The notes under the pieces: generated by a model
Told to the model about the DNA's origin: nothing
The model's input: the letters and a program-made list of their open reading frames with translations, nothing else
Databases searched by the model: none
Source: Dysgonomonas sp.
GTDB lineage: Bacteria; Bacteroidota; Bacteroidia; Bacteroidales; Dysgonomonadaceae
NCBI GenBank assembly: GCA_047972895.1
Contig: JBKEBA010000070.1
Location: 50 to 64,049 of the forward strand
DNA length: 64,000 nucleotides
Reading direction: 5' to 3'
Shown: positions 44,041-54,298 of the stretch, in pieces
How the letters are laid out: every line of letters begins with the position of its first letter
Position numbering within the stretch: the stretch's first letter is position 1
Position numbers and translations under genes: made by a program

Positions 44041-44583
44041 TTACACATCAAGGGTTCCACCCTTAGCAGCTTTGTATTTTTGTGAAAGCAACCGCAAAAA
44101 TGATGATATCTGCGAAATGGCAGCCTGTGTTTCTCCCGAAATTTCTTTTTTCTGCAACCGTATCAACAGGTATCCATACAAGGCGGCAAAGCAGGTTTCT
44201 AATTCAGGAACGCCTTTGTCTGATGATTTTGTTCTTAATTCTACAATAAAGGGTAATGTCTTATAATAAGCCGTCGAATAATCAGTTTCAGATGAATCTT
44301 TTAATAGACGAAGATGTAATTCCGTCAGTTCTGATATAATATTTTGGTTTATAATCAGATGCCCTTCTTCGGTCACCTCTTCGCGGCGCATCATGTCGAT
44401 TAGATTTTCATACCAATCCCGGATCTCTCTTTTCACATCATCCGCTACTGCGTATTGTGAGATAATTTGCCGGTCTATCTTATCGATATCTAGTGCGTTG
44501 GCACGTATCATGTCTTCTACCTGCCACATATATAGCATGTATTCACTTATATTTTCTTCTTTTAATTTTTTAGCTATAAGCAT
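44041..44583 (-). CDS. Conserved hypothetical protein (possibly DUF4924-like)
   Basis: 180-aa helical ORF. The family is recalled with low certainty. Confidence 0.4.
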   Translation of the reverse strand: MLIAKKLKEENISEYMLYMWQVEDMIRANALDIDKIDRQIISQYAVADDVKREIRDWYENLIDMMRREEVTEEGHLIINQNIISELTELHLRLLKDSSETDYSTAYYKTLPFIVELRTKSSDKGVPELETCFAALYGYLLIRLQKKEISGETQAAISQISSFLRLLSQKYKAAKGGTLDV

Positions 44584-44932
44584 TCGTATAATAAATTACG
44601 GGTAATGAACAGTAACTTTTTATCATTTCGCAAATGTAGTCAATAAAAACAAAGTATTAAAACAGGAATATAACAATCTATATATAAGAAACTTATGATC
44701 ACAAAACAAAATATATCAATCAAAATTTGAACAAAGATATATAATCTTGTGTTCTATAATCAAAACAGGTATCTTACTTTTTTCATAGTGTGTTAGATAG
44801 ATTGTTTAGTTGATTTTTTATTTACCTGTTTTTATCATAGTATATGTTAGTTTTATATTAGTGTTAAGGTCCGAGAAGAGATGGTTGCGAGAACCGTCTC
44901 TTCTTCTTTTATATTATTTGTATCTTAGCCTC

Positions 44933-45754
44933 ATGTTTGAAATAAATATCATAGACAGTGGATATATCATGGCAGATGGTGGAGCCATGTTCGGTGCTAT
45001 ACCTAAACGGGCTTGGCAACGCAAGTACCTTGTGGATAAAGAAAACCTTTGTCCGCTGGCTATGCGATGTGTACTTGCAGTATCTAAAGATCGGAAGATA
45101 CTAATAGATACAGGACTGGGAGATAAACATCTGGATAAGATTTCATACTATCGTCCACACAAGCTTATCAATATGCAGGATGCTATTGCATCTTTCGGCT
45201 ATGCGTCCGACGATATAACAGACGTCATCCTCACACACCTGCATTTCGATCACTGTGGATATGCCACACATACAGATAAGAAAGGAAAAATAGTACCTTC
45301 ATTTCCGAATGCTAAATATTGGTTGAGCCAGAAACAATGGACAAATATGCAGCATCCAAATCGTCTGGAGATAGATTCTATATTTCCGGAGAATATTCTA
45401 CCTGCATATGAGGCAGGACAACTTCAATTGATAGATGATAATATCCAACTATATGATGGCATCAGCATTCGCCTCTTCGATGGGCATAGTGTGGGACAAT
45501 TAGTTCCTTATATCCAGACTATAGACGGAATATATACTTTTCCGGGCGACCTAATACCGACTTCGGCTCATGTATCGCTCGAATGGATTTCAGCTTATGA
45601 TGTCTGTGCATTAACCTCTATAACTGAAAAAGAACGTTTTCTGACTGAGGCCGAGCAAAAAGGATACACACTCATCTACTGCCACGATGCCAAAGTTATT
45701 AAAAGCAAAGTAAAAAGACTGAATGACAATTTTAAAATGAAACCGGATAAATAA
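44933..45754 (+). CDS. MBL-fold metallo-hydrolase
   Basis: 'THLHFDHCG' zinc motif. Start moved to 'MFEINIID'; the track's start at 44810 is over-extended. Confidence 0.75.
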   Translation: MFEINIIDSGYIMADGGAMFGAIPKRAWQRKYLVDKENLCPLAMRCVLAVSKDRKILIDTGLGDKHLDKISYYRPHKLINMQDAIASFGYASDDITDVILTHLHFDHCGYATHTDKKGKIVPSFPNAKYWLSQKQWTNMQHPNRLEIDSIFPENILPAYEAGQLQLIDDNIQLYDGISIRLFDGHSVGQLVPYIQTIDGIYTFPGDLIPTSAHVSLEWISAYDVCALTSITEKERFLTEAEQKGYTLIYCHDAKVIKSKVKRLNDNFKMKPDK

Positions 45755-45839
45755 AAAAGTCCGGAATCGAACGATTCCGGACTTTTTAGCCTGCCTAATT
45801 CGTTATTGTCTCCACAAATCGACCAGCCATTATTTTTAT

Positions 45840-46562
45840 CTAAAATATCATTGGTACGTCTATTAATAAGATGCGAGCATTGTTTGTATCTGCCGTAAAC
45901 GTAATATTATCTGTCTCTGACAAGCCCAATGCATCGCGATGAAGTAATTTCTGCCCATTAACTATAAATTCACCTTCCACAACCATTGCAAATACGCCAT
46001 TACCTTGTTTTTTCACTTTATAGTCTATTTCGGTCCCTTTATCGAACGTACCGATACTAAACCATGCGCTTTGATGTATCCACAATCCATTATTATTCGC
46101 ATCATTTTGGGGACCAACTATCTGAAGCAGTTCATTTTTCTTATTTATATAATCAAATGCTCTCTGATCGTAACGAGGTTTGACATCCTTCATATCAGGA
46201 AACACCCATATCTGAAAAAGATTCACGGGTTTCTCTTTATTTGCATTATATTCGCTATGAGTAATACCTGAACCGGCACTCATCACTTGTACTTCTCCGG
46301 CTTTTATCACCTCGGCATGCCCCATACTGTCTTTATGTTCAAGATCTCCATATAAAGGTATGGTTACTATTTCCATATTATCGTGAGGATGAGTCCCAAA
46401 CCCCTTTCCTCCTGCTATAATATCATCATTAACTACTCGCAGGGCTCCAAAATGAATCCTGTTGGGGTCGTAATAATTGGCAAAGCTAAATGTATGACGG
46501 GCATCTAACCAGCCATGGTTAGCACTACCTCTGGATGAAGCACGGAATAATGTTGTCTTCAT
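45840..46562 (-). CDS. Pirin-family protein
   Basis: 'RGSANHGWLDARHTFSFANYYDP', 'GFGTHPHDNMEIVT' and 'HSE' cupin motifs. Confidence 0.85.
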   Translation of the reverse strand: MKTTLFRASSRGSANHGWLDARHTFSFANYYDPNRIHFGALRVVNDDIIAGGKGFGTHPHDNMEIVTIPLYGDLEHKDSMGHAEVIKAGEVQVMSAGSGITHSEYNANKEKPVNLFQIWVFPDMKDVKPRYDQRAFDYINKKNELLQIVGPQNDANNNGLWIHQSAWFSIGTFDKGTEIDYKVKKQGNGVFAMVVEGEFIVNGQKLLHRDALGLSETDNITFTADTNNARILLIDVPMIF

Positions 46563-46845
46563 AATAATTTTCCTTTCTACACTAATAAATTACATGTTCT
46601 ATAAACATCTCTCACTATCAAAATGTTTTCTTTATTTTCTTTACAAAGTTAATGCTATTATATATATAAAAGAAACAATTTAATTTATACATATCTATCA
46701 ATATATTAATAGATATTACCTAAAGGAAAACACATAAAATCTTATATATAAATACTAAAAGTCCTCACTTTACGAATGGAATTGTTATGAAAATTCACAA
46801 TAAAGTAGTAGCTTTACAGTTGAAGTAATTATAAAAGGAAGAGTT

Positions 46846-47613
46846 ATGAAAAATCTAGTTTTTATATTACTATTAGCGACATCCGCTACAGCCTATAGCC
46901 AAACGGAGAATCCTTTTGACACAATAAAGCCGTTAAAAAAAGAATCGTTCAGACAGAATGAAAAGCTCGATAGGTATCTGGACTTTGATGCTACAAGTAC
47001 CCAAAACAACTTATCAAGTTCGAAAACTACTATTTACGAACCGTTCGACAATACTAAAGAGGTAAAGACCATCGAGCTTAACCTTCCGCCATTGAACATT
47101 TACACAGGTCCGCCTTTAGAGAGCAATACATTTACTCGTAATCCTTTTGCGAACGATTATTCATACTATTCAGGACTTGGCTCATCAAATCGGTTATGGA
47201 TGTCATCATCATCCATACAAAGCACATATCCGACATTGGGTTCTATCAGGATGGTGAGCCTAAACCTTAATTATCAACCTTTCGACTGGCTTATCGTTTC
47301 GGGAGGCTCATATACTGCAAAGTATAATCTGGGAGGGCATTCCTTTAACGACACAGGAATAAACGGAAACCTAAAATTCATCGTTCATGACAGGATACGA
47401 TTCAATGCATATGGACAATACTCTGTTTATGGCAAACAAAACAATACTGGAGGAATGATGGGCATGTTTCCTCAAAGCTACTACGGAGGTTCCATCGAGC
47501 TAAAGATTACGCAAAAATTCGGTGTAGAAGGAGGAGTGATCAGGGAACTAAACCCTTTCAATGGAAAATGGGAAAACAGAACCTTTGTCGCGCCTGTGTT
47601 TTATGCTAAATAG
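46846..47613 (+). CDS. Hypothetical secreted/outer-membrane protein
   Basis: Signal peptide 'MKNLVFILLLATSATAYSQ'. Alternating beta-strand-like C-terminal half. Confidence 0.5.
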   Translation: MKNLVFILLLATSATAYSQTENPFDTIKPLKKESFRQNEKLDRYLDFDATSTQNNLSSSKTTIYEPFDNTKEVKTIELNLPPLNIYTGPPLESNTFTRNPFANDYSYYSGLGSSNRLWMSSSSIQSTYPTLGSIRMVSLNLNYQPFDWLIVSGGSYTAKYNLGGHSFNDTGINGNLKFIVHDRIRFNAYGQYSVYGKQNNTGGMMGMFPQSYYGGSIELKITQKFGVEGGVIRELNPFNGKWENRTFVAPVFYAK

Positions 47614-47980
47614 AGAGATAGTCCACTATCAATTATTATATCCAAATTTATCTATAAGAAAAGCTATAGAATAAAGTTATCTGAACTTAGACCTTTTAAA
47701 TTAGAGAATTCAGGTAATAACCCGTTGTTATTTTTTGTTTGAAGAATCGACAAAGTCAACAAGAGTAGAATATTTGAACAAAGATAAAATTTCAGATTTA
47801 TGTTACTTTTGTTACCTTTTGGGTAAAAAAGATAATAAAACAGAAAGTCTTAAGCTTGACAATAATTTTATAAAAGTAAGAAGCGTTTATTACTATTGAA
47901 AATTTGTAACTTTTGTTACCTTTTCAAATTAATAGGTACGCGGATAACAGTAAAATATACAATAAAAATCGACAAGCAAA

Positions 47981-48973
47981 ATGGCAGGTAAGAGATATAA
48001 GAAAATACTGGTCGCCGGATTAATAATATTTTTGGCTCTGTTTATATTGCTTAATGTTTTTGCCGCGATACATGCGTATAATCTTTCGCATTTCAAAGAC
48101 GGGGTTACAGCACTAACACCGGATTACAAACCTTCATTTACAGAGACTATAAAGATAGCTACTTGCGGACTAGACTTGCCAAGACCATACACAAAAAAAT
48201 ATCCAACAGTTGATTATGACTCACTAAGTATTTCTGCCGGAGAAGGCAAACTATTAGATGCATGGCTATTACACACCGATTCTCTGAAACAAGGATTAAT
48301 CATTGCTTTTCATGGATATATGGATGAGAAATCCTCGATGCTCGACAGAGCCGAAGCATTATTAGACATGGGCTATGATGTATTGCTTGTAAACTTTATG
48401 GGAGCTGGTCATTCATATGGCAATCAAACAACAATGGGTTATCTGGAAGCTGAAAATGTAGTGGCAGCACATAAGTATGCTATAGCGGAACTGGGTGAGG
48501 ACAACATCATTCTATTAGGTTTCTCTATGGGTGCCGCGGCTATTATGAGAGCTCAGAGTGAACACGATTTATTAGTAAAGGCTCTTATATTGGAAGCTCC
48601 ATACGGGACTTTCACCGAAACAGTAAATGCTCGCCTAAAGCATTACAATGTTCCAAGTTTTCCGGTCTGTGATATTTTCACTTTCTGGTTCGGAAAACTA
48701 AATGGATTTGATGGTTTTAACGCTAATCCTCAAAATTATGGAGAAAACATTCATGTACCTGTTTTATTGATGGGTGGAGGACAAGACCAGAATATTCCAG
48801 TAAATGAAACTGAAACTATATACAACATGCTCGCCAGCAAACATAAAGAAATGAAAATATTCGACGAGTCTCCGCATGAATCATATCTAAAAAAATATCC
48901 TGAAGAATGGGCAGAGACGGTAAAGAGATATCTAGCCAACTTGTACGAACTTGATGTATATCATGAACAATAA
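47981..48973 (+). CDS. Alpha/beta hydrolase, membrane-anchored
   Basis: N-terminal TM segment. Nucleophile elbow 'GFSMGAA'. Confidence 0.7.
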   Translation: MAGKRYKKILVAGLIIFLALFILLNVFAAIHAYNLSHFKDGVTALTPDYKPSFTETIKIATCGLDLPRPYTKKYPTVDYDSLSISAGEGKLLDAWLLHTDSLKQGLIIAFHGYMDEKSSMLDRAEALLDMGYDVLLVNFMGAGHSYGNQTTMGYLEAENVVAAHKYAIAELGEDNIILLGFSMGAAAIMRAQSEHDLLVKALILEAPYGTFTETVNARLKHYNVPSFPVCDIFTFWFGKLNGFDGFNANPQNYGENIHVPVLLMGGGQDQNIPVNETETIYNMLASKHKEMKIFDESPHESYLKKYPEEWAETVKRYLANLYELDVYHEQ

Positions 48974-49565
48974 TCAGCTTATAATAAACACACTACGCAC
49001 TACACTTATATTATTCCTTCTCAGCGCCAATGTATATGCTCAGGAACAGGATTTTTACAGTCGCCTTTCCAATGCTGCTATTGAGCTCACAAAAGACAAA
49101 GTCTCTTATGATCCCAATTATTTCACAATACCATACCCTAACGGAGATGTGCCGGCAGATAAAGGTGTATGTACAGATGTAATCATAAGGGCTTACCGCA
49201 AGTTGGGAATAGATCTACAGCAGAAAATACATGAGGATATGAGAGCTAATTTTAGTAAGTATCCAAACAATTGGGGGTTGAAGAAGCCAAATACAAACAT
49301 AGATCACCGCAGAGTCCCCAATCAAGCTAAATTCTTTTCCCGTTTTGGCACTGTACTTAAAACATCGAATAAAGGAGAAGATTATCTGCCGGGAGACATC
49401 GTTACATGGAATCTAGGACGAGGGCTAAATCATATAGGCATAGTAACAGACCACAAGTCACCAAAGAGTAAACGTCCGTTGATCGTTCACAATATAGGAC
49501 GAGGGCAAGTTCTGGAAGATTGTCTTTTCAGTTTTAAGATAACAGGGCATTACCGCTACAAATAG
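48963..49565 (+). CDS. DUF1287 domain-containing protein
   Basis: 'GVCTDVIIRAYRKLGIDLQQKIHEDM', 'NIDHRRVPN', 'GDIVTW' and 'HIGIV' match the DUF1287 pattern as I recall it. Confidence 0.6.
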   Translation: MNNNQLIINTLRTTLILFLLSANVYAQEQDFYSRLSNAAIELTKDKVSYDPNYFTIPYPNGDVPADKGVCTDVIIRAYRKLGIDLQQKIHEDMRANFSKYPNNWGLKKPNTNIDHRRVPNQAKFFSRFGTVLKTSNKGEDYLPGDIVTWNLGRGLNHIGIVTDHKSPKSKRPLIVHNIGRGQVLEDCLFSFKITGHYRYK

Positions 49566-49569
49566 GAAA

Positions 49570-50634
49570 TTACTGTTTTTTTCGGGAAGCAAGTGGCTTC
49601 AGTTTCTGTATAGCATGTCTGGCCACAGCATGTGTATCTAGTTTATCATAAGGATCTAATTTTAAGACTTTCCTGTAATCCTTAATAGCTTCACTATAAT
49701 CAGCCTTACCCTCATAAACTAGTGCCCGCTTAATATAGGCATTAACGTTAACTGAATCAATTGATATAGCAAGGTTACAATCAGCCAATGCCTTATCAAA
49801 TTCTTTTTGTACAACATATGCCCAGGCTCTATTGCAATATACTTTCAGGCTCAATGAATCTATCTGGATTGCTTTGCTATAATCATTTATAGCTTTATCT
49901 ACCACCTCCTTTGCCAAATAAACATTTCCGCGATTGTTGTATATATCACTCACGTATGGAGGATTTAATCGGATAGCCCTACTATAGTCCGACAATGCCG
50001 GATCATACATATCAGCCTCTTCATAGAGTATACCTCTATTATAATAAGCATCTGCATAATCGGGATCCAGCTTAATAGCTAAGCTATAATCACTAATTGC
50101 CAAGCTATCATTATTCATAAGCTGATATACACATCCTCTGTTATAATATCCCTTAGCAAGAGTAGAATCTATCCCAATCATTATATTAGAATAGCTAATA
50201 GCCTTTTTATAATTCTCTGTTTTTAGATATTCATCATAAAGATATGAGTTCGCTTCTATAAGCAAGTTATTCTTCTTCCTTTGTGTTATCAAATAACGAT
50301 CCACATCTATATCTTCAATTATAGACTTGTATGCTTTTACTTTACCCTTATGATTATCCAGACTATCTTGCACCCGACTAAGTTGACGTCTGAACGATGT
50401 TATATGTTGATCCTGCTTTATTTCCTTATCAAACAATCCGCATGAAGCACCAAGTGCAATAATAAAAGGAGCTAAAATGAAAAAGAGAAGTAACCAAGGA
50501 TGCTTTTGCAGTATTGTGCTCTGTTCTACCATATTCATATGATATATAGTTTTTGCTTTACCAATAATTGGCAAAGCAAAGGTATAAAAAATCCCAATAG
50601 GGAGTAGCAGTAAGACCAGAAATAACAAAAACAC
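49570..50634 (-). CDS. Tetratricopeptide-repeat protein
   Basis: Repeated 'A..DY..AI.L.P....AYYNRG' TPR units. The true start may be the internal 'MNMVEQ'. Confidence 0.7.
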   Translation of the reverse strand: MFLLFLVLLLLPIGIFYTFALPIIGKAKTIYHMNMVEQSTILQKHPWLLLFFILAPFIIALGASCGLFDKEIKQDQHITSFRRQLSRVQDSLDNHKGKVKAYKSIIEDIDVDRYLITQRKKNNLLIEANSYLYDEYLKTENYKKAISYSNIMIGIDSTLAKGYYNRGCVYQLMNNDSLAISDYSLAIKLDPDYADAYYNRGILYEEADMYDPALSDYSRAIRLNPPYVSDIYNNRGNVYLAKEVVDKAINDYSKAIQIDSLSLKVYCNRAWAYVVQKEFDKALADCNLAISIDSVNVNAYIKRALVYEGKADYSEAIKDYRKVLKLDPYDKLDTHAVARHAIQKLKPLASRKKQ

Positions 50635-50894
50635 AGAAACAATAAGAATAAAAAAGCGCCTATCCTCTCGGACGGGCGCTTTGGTGTCGTAGTGTCATTT
50701 TTATCTTAAATAAAAAGTAGTATGTCTAAATGAATATTGTTCTATTATAGAGACGGAAGATCAATATAAATGTTACATTTCGACCTATATTTTTATATTT
50801 TTTAAGAATACAAATAATTTCACCAAAAGAAAAGAGCCGACTAAAAGTCGGCTCTTTATATTTCAATCATAGTTTATACAAAACAATAATACAT

Positions 50895-51371
50895 CTATTC
50901 TGCGAACAATCCTCGCCTAAACGTATCTGTAGCCATAGCTTTTACAAGCTTATACTCATCTATATCCAATTCTCTGGCAATCTCCTTTCGCAAATCAGAA
51001 ACAACATAGATAATAGTATCTTCGCGTGCAACAGTCTTCATACCACGCAAATCATCCATTATAAAGTAGTCCTTGTCTATCGGCTTGAATATACCTTTCA
51101 TAGGATCGTCATAATTCTGATAATAATAGTAAGTCCTGTCATTCTTAAACTCATAACTTACCTTATATTCTTTATTTCTATTCGAGATATAATCATCTAC
51201 CATCTTTTTTATGGTAGTATCAGTAACATGTACATCAGCCTTGGTTCCCATATAGACCCAATGCCCCTCCATACTTTGAGAATAGGCACTATCGTCGCCA
51301 TCACACGATGTAAGCAGAAACCCTAAAGTTATTACCGATAAAAGAAGATATGTCAGGTGCTTCATTTTCAT
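50895..51371 (-). CDS. Lipoprotein, unknown function
   Basis: 'LLTSC' lipobox. A terminator hairpin at 50825-50855 follows the gene. Confidence 0.55.
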   Translation of the reverse strand: MKMKHLTYLLLSVITLGFLLTSCDGDDSAYSQSMEGHWVYMGTKADVHVTDTTIKKMVDDYISNRNKEYKVSYEFKNDRTYYYYQNYDDPMKGIFKPIDKDYFIMDDLRGMKTVAREDTIIYVVSDLRKEIARELDIDEYKLVKAMATDTFRRGLFAE

Positions 51372-51537
51372 AACCCAACAAATTAAGTTTAATTCACAAA
51401 ATTATATATATTAAACGGAATAACAAAATGAATATTGCATTTTGTTAAGAAAAACCGGAAGAAAAATCATGAATATCCCTCCGGTTTTTTAACATAACTT
51501 AAATTATTTACCGCCAATATATTATTTATATTCACTT

Positions 51538-53034
51538 TTAAGAGAAGTGTACGAAAGGAGGCCTAAACCAATGATACCTATAAAAATCCCCCCGATGCCT
51601 ATTGAATCTGAATGAAGTTGTATAATAACGCTCCTGCAAAGGCATACCTAGCTCGACATCCTTATCCTTAGGAACCCTTATCGTTATTTTATACATTTCA
51701 AGATTCCACGGATTGTCATTATCATACCACTGAGGATTTAATATAAGCAAAGAGTCTGTAACATTATAGTTAAATTGCATGGCATCAGCTTTCCTTCTTG
51801 CAGAAACACGGTTTTCGCCATAATTCTTTTTATTAATCTCCATTTTGTATTCTGTCAAAGTAGTATCCTTTATTACCGACACATTAGGCAAAACACATAT
51901 ATTTCTATACTTTAGCTTATCGCCTTTATACAAAACAATAGGAACATTTGGTTGTGTATTTGCGTCTAAATACTCACTCCCTAACTGTATATAAAGCTTA
52001 TTACTAGTAGTATTCAGCGAAATCGTATCAGTGACGTTTCCATGCTCCTGGTGGGCATAAACAAACTTAGCTGTTTTATTCCCTAAATAGAATGCGGATC
52101 CCAACCAGATAATCAGTCCCATTATAAAACTGATTAATGTAAATGTAGAAAACGAAGAACGTCGCAGAATCTTTAACATCAAACAAAATAACCCTACTAT
52201 AGGTAATATAGATACCAATATTATAGCAAGCTTGATATTCAAAGTATTATATCCGAACAATACCATATAATTGGCAGTAGCCAATATATCCGTGTCCAGA
52301 TAAAGCCAGACCAAAGAGCCAATAACACCAATCAGTAACAAGAATGTCAAAACAGCAATAAATCCAACTATAATATTCAGTAATACACTAAAGAATGTAG
52401 TCACCCCGCTTCCTCTATACTTTCGAATAGGGCGTAGCGGTCTTTCTTCTATATTTTCTATCGAAGGGTCTGCTCCTGTCATTACCAGTTTCTGATTGAA
52501 TGTTCTTGCTACAGGCATTATCATCCACAAAACAGCATAAATCCCGACAATGATGAGACTTGAGAATCCACTATACTTGAAAAAGAAAAGAAAAAGAAAA
52601 AGTCCGATAAATATGAGACGAATAAGAGTTGAATCTATCCTGAAATAATGCCCAATACCGCTACACACACCGGCTACAACCTTATTATCCATATCGCGAA
52701 ACAGTCTCTTCCCTCTAAAAGAATTATCTACAGTTGACTCTTCGCTTTTCGCCTGAGGCTCTTCTGTAGAGGCATCACCGAAATCTTTCGGATTCCCCAT
52801 TATTTTTATAATTTCAAGTGCATCATCTATCGAAACAGCTCCTTCACTCTTACAAGTTCTCATCTGCAACAATTCACTCATTCGAGATTCTATATCTGCA
52901 ATAATCTCATCCGCTTCCGGATTGCCTTGGAAATGCGTCCTTAATGATTGAAGGTAATCATTCAATACACGATAAGCATCATCTTCCAGATTAAATGCCA
53001 ATCCCCCTATACTTACTTTTACAGTTGGTTTCAT
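51538..53034 (-). CDS. PspC domain-containing membrane protein (498 aa)
   Basis: 'VAGVCSGIGHYFRIDSTLIRLIFI' PspC motif. Multiple TM segments. Confidence 0.75.
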   Translation of the reverse strand: MKPTVKVSIGGLAFNLEDDAYRVLNDYLQSLRTHFQGNPEADEIIADIESRMSELLQMRTCKSEGAVSIDDALEIIKIMGNPKDFGDASTEEPQAKSEESTVDNSFRGKRLFRDMDNKVVAGVCSGIGHYFRIDSTLIRLIFIGLFLFLFFFKYSGFSSLIIVGIYAVLWMIMPVARTFNQKLVMTGADPSIENIEERPLRPIRKYRGSGVTTFFSVLLNIIVGFIAVLTFLLLIGVIGSLVWLYLDTDILATANYMVLFGYNTLNIKLAIILVSILPIVGLFCLMLKILRRSSFSTFTLISFIMGLIIWLGSAFYLGNKTAKFVYAHQEHGNVTDTISLNTTSNKLYIQLGSEYLDANTQPNVPIVLYKGDKLKYRNICVLPNVSVIKDTTLTEYKMEINKKNYGENRVSARRKADAMQFNYNVTDSLLILNPQWYDNDNPWNLEMYKITIRVPKDKDVELGMPLQERYYTTSFRFNRHRGDFYRYHWFRPPFVHFS

Positions 53035-53047
53035 CGTTTTATTGCAT

Positions 53048-53383
53048 TTATTTGTTTCTGATATTATCTATCACTCTCACCAAATCTGCCCATACAACAT
53101 CTAGTTCAGACAGTACCGCCAATCCCCTATCTGTTATTGCATAATATTTCCGCGGAGGTCCCTGAGTTGATTCTTCCCAACGGTAACTAAGTAACCCTTG
53201 ATTCTTTTGGCGTGTAAGTAAAGGATACAATGTCCCTTCCACTACTATCATTTCCGACTCTTTCAATTCACTTATAATAGCTGATACATAAGCATCACCT
53301 TTCGACAAAATGCTGAGAATACAATATTCCAGTATCCCTTTTCGCATCTGAGCCTTTATATTATCTACATTTATCGGTTCCAT
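53048..53383 (-). CDS. PadR-family transcriptional regulator
   Basis: 'LEYCILSIL...GTLYPLLTRQKNQGLLSYRWEES...RKYYAIT'. Start set at 'MEPINV'. Confidence 0.8.
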   Translation of the reverse strand: MEPINVDNIKAQMRKGILEYCILSILSKGDAYVSAIISELKESEMIVVEGTLYPLLTRQKNQGLLSYRWEESTQGPPRKYYAITDRGLAVLSELDVVWADLVRVIDNIRNK

Positions 53384-53384
53384 C

Positions 53385-53969
53385 TCAATTTTGCTTGTAT
53401 TCATAATTATACCTTTTGATATTTTCGGCTGTCGGAGCATATCCGTGCATCCTTAATTTATCCATAACATAACGTGCTTTTGGCATTGCTATCCACAGAA
53501 CGATGTAAAGAAATATTGTCACCCCATAAAAGAAAGCTGTAAAGGCAAACAATATCCTGATTAGTGTGACATCTATACTAAAATAGGCCGCTAATCCGCT
53601 ACACACACCGCCCAATATTTTATGGTCACAATCTCTGTATAGCTTTTTCTCTCCAACAACATATCCCGCCGTATTCTTATATTCTCCTGATGTATTACGT
53701 GCTGACGATGAATTATCTGTTTCAATTTCACCCAAATGATCAATAACAATCTGAACTAACTTCATATCAACCACTTGATTAGAAAATTTCATTTCTTTTT
53801 GAAATATTTCTGCTACACGAGCCTCTACATCTTCCATCACCTCTTTAGCCTCTATTTTGTCCGGAATAGTTTCCTCGAATCGCCGTAAATATCCATTCAA
53901 TCTAGAGTAGGCATCTTCCTCCATCGAGAAAGTGATTCCACCTATACTTACTTCCACAACTTTCTTCAT
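53385..53969 (-). CDS. PspC domain-containing membrane protein (194 aa)
   Basis: 'ILGGVCSGLAAYFSIDVTLIRILF'. Confidence 0.75.
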   Translation of the reverse strand: MKKVVEVSIGGITFSMEEDAYSRLNGYLRRFEETIPDKIEAKEVMEDVEARVAEIFQKEMKFSNQVVDMKLVQIVIDHLGEIETDNSSSARNTSGEYKNTAGYVVGEKKLYRDCDHKILGGVCSGLAAYFSIDVTLIRILFAFTAFFYGVTIFLYIVLWIAMPKARYVMDKLRMHGYAPTAENIKRYNYEYKQN

Positions 53970-54298
53970 AACCTATTATTATTTTATACAATGTTATTTG
54001 TATTGCAAATATATAAATAAATATTAGTACCATGCAATACATAGTAGTATACATAAAAGAGGATTAATAATATATACGTCTAATATACAGACTATTATGC
54101 TTACAAACAAAATAAATATTAACTTTAATTAACTAATACACGTGCTATTTCCACAAGAAATCTTATAGAATCCTCAACCTAAAATTCTTTAATGCCCCAA
54201 TTAAAAAGAAATAGAATAGAGAAATAACAATATATTAGCTATTGCTTTATTCCCCAATAAGGCGAAAATACATGAAGTTTATAAGAAAACATGAAGAA

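Noticed and set aside
47801-47923. The 'TTGTTACC' direct repeats considered as additional ECF promoters of the 43-kb sigma factor.
   Set aside because: The -35-like core differs (GTTACC versus GTAACC), and neither copy has a CGTC -10 element at the required spacing.
50661-50690. Hairpin 'AAAGCGCC...GGCGCTTT' with a T-run (minus strand) upstream of the TPR gene, considered as an attenuator with a 12-codon leader peptide.
   Set aside because: The putative leader peptide is tiny and has no regulatory-codon pattern. The structure is equally explained as a second terminator after the upstream lipoprotein gene.
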